From Candidatus Anderseniibacteriota bacterium (GTDB lineage Bacteria; Patescibacteriota; Andersenbacteria; UBA10190): DNA of 64,000 bases. Of the stretch, positions 39,342 to 50,398 are shown one piece after another (position 1 is the stretch's first letter; each line of letters begins with the position of its first letter). The notes beneath the pieces were generated by a model that did not search any database, was not told the DNA's origin, and was given only the letters and a program-made list of their open reading frames with translations. The position numbers were made by a program, and so were the translations under genes. The stretch is from positions 567 to 64,566 of the forward strand of contig JBBDZC010000018.1 in NCBI GenBank assembly GCA_040900375.1, given 5' to 3'.

Positions 39342-39416
39342 CGCGGGGTGGAGAAGTAGTATCTCGCCTGGCTCATAACCAGGAGGACGGCCGTGCAATT
39401 CGGCCCCCCGCCACCA
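39342..39416 (+). tRNA. Initiator-type tRNA-Met(CAT), atypical D and T loops, CCA encoded
   Basis: CGCGGGG acceptor with 1:72 mismatch, CCTGG-CT-CAT-AA-CCAGG, GGCCG-TGCAATT-CGGCC, ACCA end. Confidence 0.88.
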
Positions 39417-39535
39417 TTAAGGAAGTAACAATATACCTCCAAAAGTAGGTGACGCCGTCGAATGGGTCAGCTTACTTAGAAAGCCTCACTAGTCGCCGTA
39501 GTATACTCGGGGGAAGCCTTATATGCTACGACTAC

Positions 39536-40663
39536 ATGCTTAAGCTCTTCCATGTTTTTCTGCTCGTGCTGGCGATTGGCCTGGTTGTACAAAGCACACT
39601 TTGGAAAAATATTGATGTTCTAGATGCGGAAGAATGGATGAGTGCTACTGTCTTCCTCTACCAAGGTGACGCGCGGGTCTTTAATAAATTTACTTATGGT
39701 TATCCCGGCACGCCGCTGCTGCTGCTGGCGGGAGCGATCCATGTTGTTTTGGCTATTCCGCTAACGACAAGTTTTACTGGCAGCCTGGCCACCCTTATTT
39801 CCCTTTCGGCCGCGGGGATTGCGGCTACCTGCAAATTGCTGCGGCCGAGGAGTTTATGGTGGATAGCGGCTACGGGTATTATTCTCTGTAACCGTCTCTA
39901 TGCGGCCGTGACTCCCCCCTCGGCAGCGGTCGCTCCCCTGATTGTTCTTATTTTTTTGTTGTCCCTTTATATCTACGAGCAGCGCAGTCAGTCACTGCGC
40001 GTACACATTATGCTCGGGATTAGTTTAGGTGTTGGCGCGGCGCTGCGTCTGGACATTACCGCGGCAGTTGGTTTCTTACTGCTGATTTTTCTGCTGCCAA
40101 GTCTCGGAGGGAAAAGAATCGGGGTGATTGTCAGTACTGCGTTTCTCTCTTTTTTCTTGCTCAATCCCTTCCTGTGGTTTACGCCCCTTGGTCACCTGCA
40201 GGCGATTATCGCTAAAATACACTACCACTGGGCTGATTATGAGACAGAGCGCTTGACGATACCTCTTTTCCTTAACCGGGCAGCTGTTGGCTTACTGGGG
40301 TTCAGCTTGGCTGTAGTACTACTTTTCCTACGGCAACGCCTGCCTCTCCTCATTTCCCGAAAATTCCTCCTCTACACAGTTTTTGTTACTATCAGCATAA
40401 GCATTATCCTATGGCAAGCGAGTTATCAAGTACCGTGGTATTTTTATCCCCTAATTTTTTTCTGGGAAGCCCTTTTGTCTCTTTTTCTTCTCGATTTAGC
40501 CGCCTTAGTTCACTATCCTTTCTTGACTTCCCTGCGAGCCCAGCAATTACTGCGACAATCAGTCCAAATCAGTGTGATCATTCTCCTCGTCGGGGCGCAA
40601 GTTCTCCTGCTGCTTACCGAACATTTTCTTCCCGAGGGTATTTACTTGCTCTCTCTTCCCTAA
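39536..40663 (+). CDS. Polytopic membrane protein, probable GT-C fold glycosyltransferase
   Basis: About 10 TM helices, acidic 'DVLDAEEW' after TM1, 'YGYPGTP', 'LNPFLW', 'WYFYP'; likely ATG at 39536. Confidence 0.6.
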   Translation: MLKLFHVFLLVLAIGLVVQSTLWKNIDVLDAEEWMSATVFLYQGDARVFNKFTYGYPGTPLLLLAGAIHVVLAIPLTTSFTGSLATLISLSAAGIAATCKLLRPRSLWWIAATGIILCNRLYAAVTPPSAAVAPLIVLIFLLSLYIYEQRSQSLRVHIMLGISLGVGAALRLDITAAVGFLLLIFLLPSLGGKRIGVIVSTAFLSFFLLNPFLWFTPLGHLQAIIAKIHYHWADYETERLTIPLFLNRAAVGLLGFSLAVVLLFLRQRLPLLISRKFLLYTVFVTISISIILWQASYQVPWYFYPLIFFWEALLSLFLLDLAALVHYPFLTSLRAQQLLRQSVQISVIILLVGAQVLLLLTEHFLPEGIYLLSLP

Positions 40664-40678
40664 CCCGACCTTAAATAT

Positions 40679-42277
40679 ATGGCCACAAGTTCACGTCCAC
40701 GACCGTTGGTTGTCACTATCTTGGACGGGTGGGGTATCAGTTTTGTCAAAGAGGGTAACGCAATTATGGCGGCGACCACGCCCACGATGGACATGTTTGC
40801 CCGACACTATCCGAGTGCGGGCATTTTAGCCGCCGGGATTGAAGTCGGCCTACCCTGGGGCGAGGTAGGTAATTCGGAAACGGGCCATAGCAATATCGGC
40901 GCCGGCCAAGTGCAGTACCAGGCGCTGCCGAGTATTGATAAAGCCATTGAAGATCGGTCCTTCTTTGCCAACCAAGTTCTCCTGCAAGCAATTGCGCATG
41001 TCAAAAGAAACAATTCCAACCTTCATATCATGGGTCTGGCGAGTACCGGTGGCGTGCACGCTCATCTCAACCATCTCTTTGCTCTCTTGCGTCTCGTCGC
41101 TCATGAACAAATCTATGATCATGTTTTTCTGCACCTTTTCACGGACGGCCGTGATTCCCCACCCCAGAGTGCGCTGGCATACTTGCGGCAAACGGCAGAG
41201 GTTATGGCGCAGTATAAAATTGGCAAGATTGCCTCGGTGACTGGTCGCCTCTATGCCATGGATCGCAATGAGAACTGGGAGCGAACGCAGGCGACTTTTA
41301 ACCTGCTCACCGGCGGACCCCGACAGGTTGGCGCCTCAACTGCCGAGCAAGCAGTTACACAAGCTTATGAGCGCAACATATTTGACGAGATGATTCCGCC
41401 CACCGCGATTACCGAGGGCGGGGGTCCCCTGGCAACAATCCGCGATAACGACGCCGTGATTTTCTTTAACTACCGTCCCGATCGCGCCCGCCAAATCACG
41501 CGCGCTTTTGTGGAAACAGATTTCACCAATTTTCGTCGCCCCACTGTGCCCACTAATCTTTTCTTTGCCACGATGACTCAATATGATCCTCGGCTGCCCG
41601 CCCCCGCGGCTTTTATTGAAGAGCCTGTTGCTCTGCCCCTAGCTAAAGTCATTTCGCAAGCGGGTCTTACCCAATTGCATATCGCAGAAACGGAAAAATA
41701 TGCTCATATTACTTATTACCTTAATGGCGGACACGAACAACCTTTTCCTGGAGAAGAGCACGTGCTCATTAAGTCATCAGGGATTAAAAACTTTGCCGAG
41801 CGACCGCACATGGAAGCCGAGGCAATTACCGATCGGCTCTTGCACGAAATTCAGCGCGGACTTTTTGATGTTTACTTTGTGAATCTCGCCAATGCTGATA
41901 TGGTCGGCCATTCGGGCGACATCGCGGCCACGATTGAGGCATGCACGTTTGTCGATCAATGCTTAGCCCGTCTTCATACGGCGGTTCAGGCAGCTCATGG
42001 CGCGCTCTTGGTGACAGCTGATCATGGCAATGCGGAAGAAAAACTACATCCTAAAACTAAGGCAGTCGAGACCGATCACACGAGCAATCCCGTGCCGCTC
42101 CATTATGTGATTGAGCATCTGCGGCGAACAACACCCCGCAGTGAAGCAGAGCTCGTGGCGCTCTTTTCCTCCCCCATTGGTGTCTTGGCTGACATTGCGC
42201 CCACTATATTAGACATTTTAGATATTCCTCTGCCCCCTCATATGACGGGAATCTCGCTCCTCAATTCACTGCAGTAG
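40679..42277 (+). CDS. gpmI: 2,3-bisphosphoglycerate-independent phosphoglycerate mutase
   Basis: 'ILDGWG', 'GNSETGHSNIGAG', 'TDGRD', 'AETEKYAH', 'NADMVGHSG', 'TADHGNAE'. Confidence 0.97.
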   Translation: MATSSRPRPLVVTILDGWGISFVKEGNAIMAATTPTMDMFARHYPSAGILAAGIEVGLPWGEVGNSETGHSNIGAGQVQYQALPSIDKAIEDRSFFANQVLLQAIAHVKRNNSNLHIMGLASTGGVHAHLNHLFALLRLVAHEQIYDHVFLHLFTDGRDSPPQSALAYLRQTAEVMAQYKIGKIASVTGRLYAMDRNENWERTQATFNLLTGGPRQVGASTAEQAVTQAYERNIFDEMIPPTAITEGGGPLATIRDNDAVIFFNYRPDRARQITRAFVETDFTNFRRPTVPTNLFFATMTQYDPRLPAPAAFIEEPVALPLAKVISQAGLTQLHIAETEKYAHITYYLNGGHEQPFPGEEHVLIKSSGIKNFAERPHMEAEAITDRLLHEIQRGLFDVYFVNLANADMVGHSGDIAATIEACTFVDQCLARLHTAVQAAHGALLVTADHGNAEEKLHPKTKAVETDHTSNPVPLHYVIEHLRRTTPRSEAELVALFSSPIGVLADIAPTILDILDIPLPPHMTGISLLNSLQ

Positions 42278-42279
42278 AC

Positions 42280-43740
42280 TTAAAGACGTGGCTGCTGCCA
42301 CCAATTGTGAGCTTGCTCATACACGGAAGCGACGTGAAAAAGCCGCTCTTCTTTAAAATGAGGGGCGGCGATCTGGAGGCCCACCGGCAGGCTTGAAGCA
42401 AACCCACAGGGCACAGAGAGAGCCGGCAAGCCCGCCACGCTTAAGGGGACCGTCAGGGCATCGGATAAATACATCGCCAGCGGATCGTCTACCTTGCTTC
42501 CCAAGGTAAAAGCGGTTTCCGGAGCAACGGGGCCTACCACCACATCAACCTCTTTAAAGGCTTCTTCATATTCGCGCCGAATGAGCATGCGGACCCGGCT
42601 CGCTTGTTGGTACCAGGCCTCATAATAGCCGGCTGACAAAGCATAGGAACCCATAAGAATCGCCCGCTTAACTTCCGCACCAAACCCTTGGCCGCGTACC
42701 TCCAGGTAATGCTCTACGAGGGAGTGGCTGGATAGCGACACGGGCGCGTAGCGTAAGGCGTCGAAGCGAGCTAAATTAGTCGAGGCTTCCGCCTTGGCAA
42801 TGAGGTAGTAGACAGCAATAGCGGCAGGCGTGAGCGGCAAGGAGAGATTGATAATTGTGGCGCCTTGATCTGCCAGGGCAGCAATGGCCGCTTTAACGAC
42901 CGTTGTAACTTCAGGTGATACGCCTTCAGCAAAAAACTCCTGGGGCACACCCACTTTAATTCCCTTGAGACTGCCGTGACAAAATGTCTCATACGCCGGT
43001 ACCGGCAGGGGTGAGCTCGTCGCATCCTGGGAATCGTGGCCAGCCAGGACTGACAACATAATGGCCGCGTCTTGTACGGTACGCGTAAAAGGCCCCACTT
43101 GATCAAGGCTGCTGCCATACGCAATGACGCCAAAGCGACTGACGCGTCCGTAGGTTGGCTTGAGGCCCACGACCCCGCAGAAACTAGCCGGTTGGCGGAT
43201 GGAGCCGCCCGTATCTGTACCGAGAGCCGCAAGGACGCTACCGCTGGCGACGGCGGCGGCGGAGCCGCCACTACTGCCTCCTGCCACGCGAGCGGGCTGC
43301 CAGGGGTTGTGAGTGGGACCATAAGCAGAATATTCAGTACTCGAACCCATGGCGAATTCATCTAAATTGGTTTTACCAATCAAAATGGCACCAGCTTTTT
43401 TTAAATGAGTGATCACGGTCGCGTCATAGGGTGCCATGAAGTTCTGGAGTATTTTTGAAGCGGCAGTCGTGTGACCTTCCGTGGTACAGATCAAATCCTT
43501 GATGGCGACCGGAACGCCGTGGAGTGGCCCTAGGACCGTGCCCTGGGCGCGTTGTTTATCACTGGCGGTCGCAGCTGTGCGCGCGTGGCCGGCAAATACT
43601 TCCAGAAAGGCATGAAGAGTTGGTTCCCACTGGGCAATGGTTGTAAGCGCTTCCTCAACCAGGTCAGCAGCCGAGACTTCTTGTTTGTCTAATGCGGCGC
43701 GGGCCGCCACTAAGGTATTGGGAAGAACGGGAGAGGCCAT
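42280..43740 (-). CDS. gatA: Amidotransferase subunit A
   Basis: Amidase signature 'GKTNLDEFAMGSSTE', 'GGSSGGSAAAV', 'GTDTGGSIRQPA'. Confidence 0.97.
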   Translation of the reverse strand: MASPVLPNTLVAARAALDKQEVSAADLVEEALTTIAQWEPTLHAFLEVFAGHARTAATASDKQRAQGTVLGPLHGVPVAIKDLICTTEGHTTAASKILQNFMAPYDATVITHLKKAGAILIGKTNLDEFAMGSSTEYSAYGPTHNPWQPARVAGGSSGGSAAAVASGSVLAALGTDTGGSIRQPASFCGVVGLKPTYGRVSRFGVIAYGSSLDQVGPFTRTVQDAAIMLSVLAGHDSQDATSSPLPVPAYETFCHGSLKGIKVGVPQEFFAEGVSPEVTTVVKAAIAALADQGATIINLSLPLTPAAIAVYYLIAKAEASTNLARFDALRYAPVSLSSHSLVEHYLEVRGQGFGAEVKRAILMGSYALSAGYYEAWYQQASRVRMLIRREYEEAFKEVDVVVGPVAPETAFTLGSKVDDPLAMYLSDALTVPLSVAGLPALSVPCGFASSLPVGLQIAAPHFKEERLFHVASVYEQAHNWWQQPRL

Positions 43741-43746
43741 ACTTCC

Positions 43747-44049
43747 CTACTCGAAGACAGCTTGCACGTGCACATGCGCCCGGGTTACTCGGGGTGCTAA
43801 TTCCAGTAACCGGGTGGCGGAACTTAAGTAATCTGACCGCGGCACATCAGCCCGAGCGATATTATGGAGTCCGCTCATATCGGAAGCCTGTGGCACACCT
43901 TGGGTATCAATTTTTTGAATGAGAGAAAAATGCTTAAGAATACCCTCCAGCTTGAGTGCAGCATCACGGATTTCTGCTTCGGTTAAAGCAAGTCTGCCTA
44001 AAGTGGCTGTGCGACGAACAGTTTCGGTCGTTATGAGAGCGTGGGTCAT
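43747..44049 (-). CDS. gatC: Amidotransferase subunit C
   Basis: 100 aa directly upstream of gatA; 'VRRTATLGRLAL', 'ARAD', 'LLELAP'. Confidence 0.85.
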   Translation of the reverse strand: MTHALITTETVRRTATLGRLALTEAEIRDAALKLEGILKHFSLIQKIDTQGVPQASDMSGLHNIARADVPRSDYLSSATRLLELAPRVTRAHVHVQAVFE

Positions 44050-44113
44050 AGAGCAATAATTATCCTTTCCATCCGTGGATTAATTTTCTTAGGGGAAACG
44101 CTGCAGTTACTAA

Positions 44114-46165
<2,052 letters not shown>

Positions 46166-46207
46166 CTACTCAAAAACCTTCAAGTAGGTTAGTTGTCAGG
46201 TTTGGTT

Positions 46208-46657
46208 TTAGTCGGTGAAACACTCACCGGGCCCTAAGCGCAAGCGCCGTTCTTCCTGAAAGGCGTTACCGTCAGGAAATCGGCCGGTGACCTGTACGCA
46301 AGGGGTAATACCATCACTCGGCAGATACTTTGCTTCTCCTTCGTAGCCCGCAGTGCTTGTATCTGGGACAGACCCATACTCGACTGCTCCTGTAAGCGGG
46401 GTAGATTCTTGGGCAAATAATGATAACTCATACAAGCCTTGTTCTAACCCCGAATTAGCGGCATAGAAAGCGCGCTCGGAAGAGATCGCGTCCGTGGTAG
46501 CGCGAATTTGGCGAGCTAAGATAATGCTAAAAAGGATGGCAGAGGAAACAATAATCGCGAGCATAATGAGCGACATGTAAATCGCAATATCGCCGCGCTG
46601 CTGGTGACCCGCGGGTTGCTTAAGTCTCCGAGTGGTTAGGGAGGATAGCATAGTCAT
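46208..46657 (-). CDS. PilX-like minor pilin
   Basis: 'QQRG|DIAIYMSLIML' prepilin lacking E5; 'AFYAANSGLEQGL' PilX N-terminal motif. Confidence 0.75.
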   Translation of the reverse strand: MTMLSSLTTRRLKQPAGHQQRGDIAIYMSLIMLAIIVSSAILFSIILARQIRATTDAISSERAFYAANSGLEQGLYELSLFAQESTPLTGAVEYGSVPDTSTAGYEGEAKYLPSDGITPCVQVTGRFPDGNAFQEERRLRLGPGECFTD

Positions 46658-47256
46658 TACGGCGGGCTTAAAAAGGGAATAACTTGCCGCGAAGTAACCG
46701 AGCTCTGGAGGGTGACCGTGTGGTCTGATTTTTTTCGGGAAGTAGCTGCCACACTGATGGTCACAAAGCCTTGGTTGAGAAGCTTGTTGTCGGGGTCTAC
46801 ATTTGCCGCTCGCGCGATAAAGGTGAGCGTATCAATCTGCGTGTCGCGACTCACTAAAGAGTCATACGAGCTGTAGACTATCAGGCTACAGTCTTCTTCA
46901 GGCGGCACGTTTTCCGCCGCCCGTGCGAGCGTGCGTGCGGCACTATCATGGCGATAACTGACGCAGGTACCATTTTGGTTACGGAAAAACAGGAATGAAC
47001 TTGTTCCCGTAAAGGTATTGCCGTAACCGGTACGTACTTCCCGGTTGAGCAACTCTAAAGCAAATCGTAGGTCTGCCTGAATTTTTTGTTCACCAATGTG
47101 ACGGCGCTCGGTAAACACAAATTGGGAGAAAATACCCATAATTATCAACAGCAAGAGCGAAAAGATGCCAATCGCGACAATAATCTCAATAAGTGTATAA
47201 CCACGGCTATGCGCCAGGGGCAAACGAGAGGTAGCGAAGGTATCCATACAGCACAT
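46657..47256 (-). CDS. Minor pilin (PilW/PulJ-like)
   Basis: 'SRG|YTLIEIIVAIGIFS', 'ALELLNREVRTG'; start at 47256 or 47247. Confidence 0.8.
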   Translation of the reverse strand: MCCMDTFATSRLPLAHSRGYTLIEIIVAIGIFSLLLLIIMGIFSQFVFTERRHIGEQKIQADLRFALELLNREVRTGYGNTFTGTSSFLFFRNQNGTCVSYRHDSAARTLARAAENVPPEEDCSLIVYSSYDSLVSRDTQIDTLTFIARAANVDPDNKLLNQGFVTISVAATSRKKSDHTVTLQSSVTSRQVIPFLSPP

Positions 47257-47257
47257 A

Positions 47258-47812
47258 TCAAGGCTTATACCAGTTATATAACACTTCTTTGACTTCGGCT
47301 TCACGCGTCAGGCCCCGGCTTTGCCACGTGACTTTCGCACTGATTGTAATCAAGGGGGGCGTACTATTCTGCGCGGTACAATCAACACTGATTAATCGGC
47401 TATAGGGCGTCAGGGTGGCCGCACTCGGATGGTGGGTCCACAGATTGGTATCGGTTATCCGCAACCGCTGCTGGGCTAAGCTCGGGTTAGCGGTGATAAA
47501 CAACGTGGTCACGGGATCATGGTCAATCGTAAATTGGTAGTCGCTACTCGAAGCCTCGTCACAAATATCCTTCGTCCACGCTTCCCCCGAAAACCAATTC
47601 GTATCACGGTAGGCTTGGACTAACTCCAGCCCCTCGCGCGCCAGATTAGCGGCAATAAATCTTTCTTGGGCAATGCCGACAATGTTCTGGGTGCGCGATA
47701 CCAGTTGCACTATCGCGAGGGATCCGCCCACGAGTAAAAAGGTAGCAATTAACACGCCGAGGAGAGACATGCCGCGTTGTAACTTAATTAATTGGCCAGA
47801 CCACGTCAGCAT
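47258..47812 (-). CDS. Minor pilin (PilV-like)
   Basis: 'QRG|MSLLGVLIA', 'AANLAREGLELV..RD.NW', 'VTW'. Confidence 0.78.
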   Translation of the reverse strand: MLTWSGQLIKLQRGMSLLGVLIATFLLVGGSLAIVQLVSRTQNIVGIAQERFIAANLAREGLELVQAYRDTNWFSGEAWTKDICDEASSSDYQFTIDHDPVTTLFITANPSLAQQRLRITDTNLWTHHPSAATLTPYSRLISVDCTAQNSTPPLITISAKVTWQSRGLTREAEVKEVLYNWYKP

Positions 47813-47813
47813 A

Positions 47814-48338
47814 TTATTCTCGTTCTAATTGACCGTAGGGATACACTGCTAAACGGACGATTGTAGTGCCTAGTTTGAGTTCGAAGCGACCCGGGTTTTT
47901 AACGGCACCATCAACCAATAATTCAATTGTTGGCGGCTGCCCCAAAAATAAGAAGCTTTTGTCTCCCGTCGCGACTACCCCCGCCGGTAACTCTTCCTGT
48001 TGAATAACATAATCAATCCCGGGAGAATACTGCTGGTCGGCAGCATCATCACCAGTATCAGCAAATAACAAAAGCGTCTGACCATCAATAAAGACGCCGA
48101 CGTCGGAGCAGCGGGCGGGTTCCCCTGGATTATCCAGAAGACAGTCTGGATCACGCTCTTCTTGAAGGGCTCGTTTTTGGGCATCACGAAGGGTAAATTC
48201 AATTTTTTGTTGCGCTAATAACAAGGCTTGACTATCGCGGGTTGAAGGAAAAGCCACAGTTAGAATGGTAATCATAATACCAATGATCACGACGGTGACT
48301 ACTACTTCAAGTAAAGTAAATCCTGAACTTGCCGGCAT
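47814..48338 (-). CDS. Minor pilin (FimU/GspH-like)
   Basis: 'SSG|FTLLEVVVTVVIIG', 'LRDAQKRAL'. Confidence 0.8.
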   Translation of the reverse strand: MPASSGFTLLEVVVTVVIIGIMITILTVAFPSTRDSQALLLAQQKIEFTLRDAQKRALQEERDPDCLLDNPGEPARCSDVGVFIDGQTLLLFADTGDDAADQQYSPGIDYVIQQEELPAGVVATGDKSFLFLGQPPTIELLVDGAVKNPGRFELKLGTTIVRLAVYPYGQLERE

Positions 48339-48434
48339 CTCTTTAAGTGTACCTTAGTGTTGTCACAATTTACACGCCCACCCCTTCAGCTGCTATCCTT
48401 GAGTAAGGTGTGCGGAAGCGAACTTTGGTATTCC

Positions 48435-49238
48435 TTAGACACCCCACAGGAGCAAAAAAAATCGTGTGGGCAACTGGGGGACAAGTAACACGAGGATAGC
48501 GGCGCCAGCCAAGAATGGCCCAAACGGTATGGCTGTCTTCATTGTACTGTGGCCGCGGGTAAGCAGCGCGATACCCACAAGACCACCGATTGTAAAAGCC
48601 AGAAAAAGAACCATCACGGTGGCCGTGACACCAAACAAAGCGCCGAGGGGAATAAGTAATTTGATGTCCCCCAGGCCTATTCCCTGACCGCGAGTAATGA
48701 GCCAGAGAGAGAAAAGAAAACCCGCGCCAATGACTATCCCGCCGACGATGTCCCACGGCAGGAGCGTTGGTTGGAGTAATATTAGCGTCACACAGAAAAC
48801 ACTTAAGACAATAAGATACTGATCAGGCAAAAGAAATGTCGCACGATCAACAAATGCCAACACCAGTAAACAGGCAACAATGCCGAGAGTGACGAGACTG
48901 GCGACCATGCTGGTAATGGTGCTGGGAAAAGAACTGAAGATGACAACCGCGGCCACCCCCATAGCAAATTCGACGAGCGGATACTGCAAGGATATAGCAG
49001 CACCACAACGCTGGCAGCGGCCTCTAAGTAAGATAAATGAGAGGAGCGGCACCAGCTCCCACCAACGGAGTGTCTGCTGGCACTCTGGACAATATGACCG
49101 CGCGGGCTCGACCGCGCGGGTTGATGAAGCCGCTTTGTGTTTAATGTATCGCAAGATCACGACATTGAGAAAACTGCCAAGCAGCGTCCCGAGAATAAAA
49201 ATAAGCGGGGTGACTACCGTAATTTCCGGCCAGGCCAT
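48435..49238 (-). CDS. pilD: Prepilin peptidase
   Basis: 'GSFLNVVILR', 'RSYCPEC', 'RGRCQRC', 'QYPLVE', 'GLGDIKL', 'IPFGPFL'. Confidence 0.95.
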   Translation of the reverse strand: MAWPEITVVTPLIFILGTLLGSFLNVVILRYIKHKAASSTRAVEPARSYCPECQQTLRWWELVPLLSFILLRGRCQRCGAAISLQYPLVEFAMGVAAVVIFSSFPSTITSMVASLVTLGIVACLLVLAFVDRATFLLPDQYLIVLSVFCVTLILLQPTLLPWDIVGGIVIGAGFLFSLWLITRGQGIGLGDIKLLIPLGALFGVTATVMVLFLAFTIGGLVGIALLTRGHSTMKTAIPFGPFLAGAAILVLLVPQLPTRFFLLLWGV

Positions 49239-49245
49239 ACACTAC

Positions 49246-49728
49246 TTAGCTACTGGGGCAGCGCAAGGGGGGACCACTTAGTGTCTGACTCGCACAAACA
49301 GTAGCGACAACCTTAAAGACTCCGGTGGCATCAATACAGTAATGTTTATCCTCTTCGCTCTTGAGCGGCGCGCTGATGCAGTACTCCTTGCGTTGTGATT
49401 CACGAATAGTCACCGCATAGGAAGTCGGGTAGGTTATGGGGTAATTATCGGCGGTCGGCTCTCCCAGCTGCTTATCAATATCGGCGATAATTGTTGCGAC
49501 TTCGGTTTGAATCGAGGCATGCGCGCGCCAATTCAGATAACTTGCTCCCTGACTATCGTATACTTGCTCTGCTAACCAGCGGAGCTGCACCACGTCACTA
49601 CGAATGGCATTATCATGAGCCTTTTCTCGCCCATAGATCACCCCAATCAAAATGAGGATGGAGAGGATCCCAATAATGGCAATAACGATCAAAAGCTCAA
49701 TCAACGTAAAGCCTTTCGTCTCTGGCAT
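49246..49728 (-). CDS. Type IV pilin
   Basis: 'KG|[16 protein letters not shown]', 'REKAHD', C-terminal Cys 'YCIS...YCID'. Confidence 0.88.
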   Translation of the reverse strand: MPETKGFTLIELLIVIAIIGILSILILIGVIYGREKAHDNAIRSDVVQLRWLAEQVYDSQGASYLNWRAHASIQTEVATIIADIDKQLGEPTADNYPITYPTSYAVTIRESQRKEYCISAPLKSEEDKHYCIDATGVFKVVATVCASQTLSGPPLRCPSS

Positions 49729-49757
49729 TTTTATATCGTATCACAAAGTACTGCAGC

Positions 49758-49787
49758 AAAACACTCGCCGATTGCTGGCGAGTGTTT
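49758..49787 (-). terminator. Intrinsic terminator after major pilin
   Basis: aaacactcgcc-7nt-ggcgagtgttt stem; T-run on the minus strand. Confidence 0.7.
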
Positions 49788-49812
49788 CGTTAACAGCTGT
49801 TAGTATGACAGG

Positions 49813-50262
49813 CTAACAACCAGCACCGGCAGATGTGCAAACTAACGCTGTATTGCTCTGATCAAACGCACCAGTTTCATCAACACAGATAAACGACGTT
49901 GTAAGACTGGCGAGATTTGATTCGATACAGAAGTTAGAAGAATCAGCCTGCACTCCCATTGCACCACCAGCACTGGTAGTATCAGTTTTCAACTGGGGGA
50001 CTGAAGTTTCGATCCCTCCTTTACAGTTCGTAGCATTCGGCGTGCCAAAACACGTGGCAAAGCCAGCATAACTAGCGCTATTAGCATCATAGTAAACTTC
50101 GGCGAGTGTGCGCATCTGACCAACGTTTGACTTGATGCGTGCATCATTAGCCTTTTCCCGCGCGTTGCCTAGCGCCACCAAAACTAACGCGGCCAAGATA
50201 CCAATAATGGCAATGACTACCAGCAATTCGATGAGGGTAAACCCACGCTCATGTTTGTTCAT
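49813..50262 (-). CDS. pilA: Probable major type IV pilin
   Basis: 'ERG|[21 protein letters not shown]', strong SD GGAGGTGA upstream and its own terminator. Confidence 0.85.
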   Translation of the reverse strand: MNKHERGFTLIELLVVIAIIGILAALVLVALGNAREKANDARIKSNVGQMRTLAEVYYDANSASYAGFATCFGTPNATNCKGGIETSVPQLKTDTTSAGGAMGVQADSSNFCIESNLASLTTSFICVDETGAFDQSNTALVCTSAGAGC

Positions 50263-50398
50263 ACACCCTCACCTCCTCTCATGATAGCTGTGCTTGTTTT
50301 CCACATACGACCTTCCCTCAAGTATACATCTAAATAGCAACAAATAAAAAGCGAGGGGGCGACCACGCAAGAGATAGCGAGAAATACTCAATCTTTTT

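Noticed and set aside
39181-39378. 65-aa ORF
   Set aside because: Overlaps the initiator tRNA and the structured region; non-ATG start, no motif.
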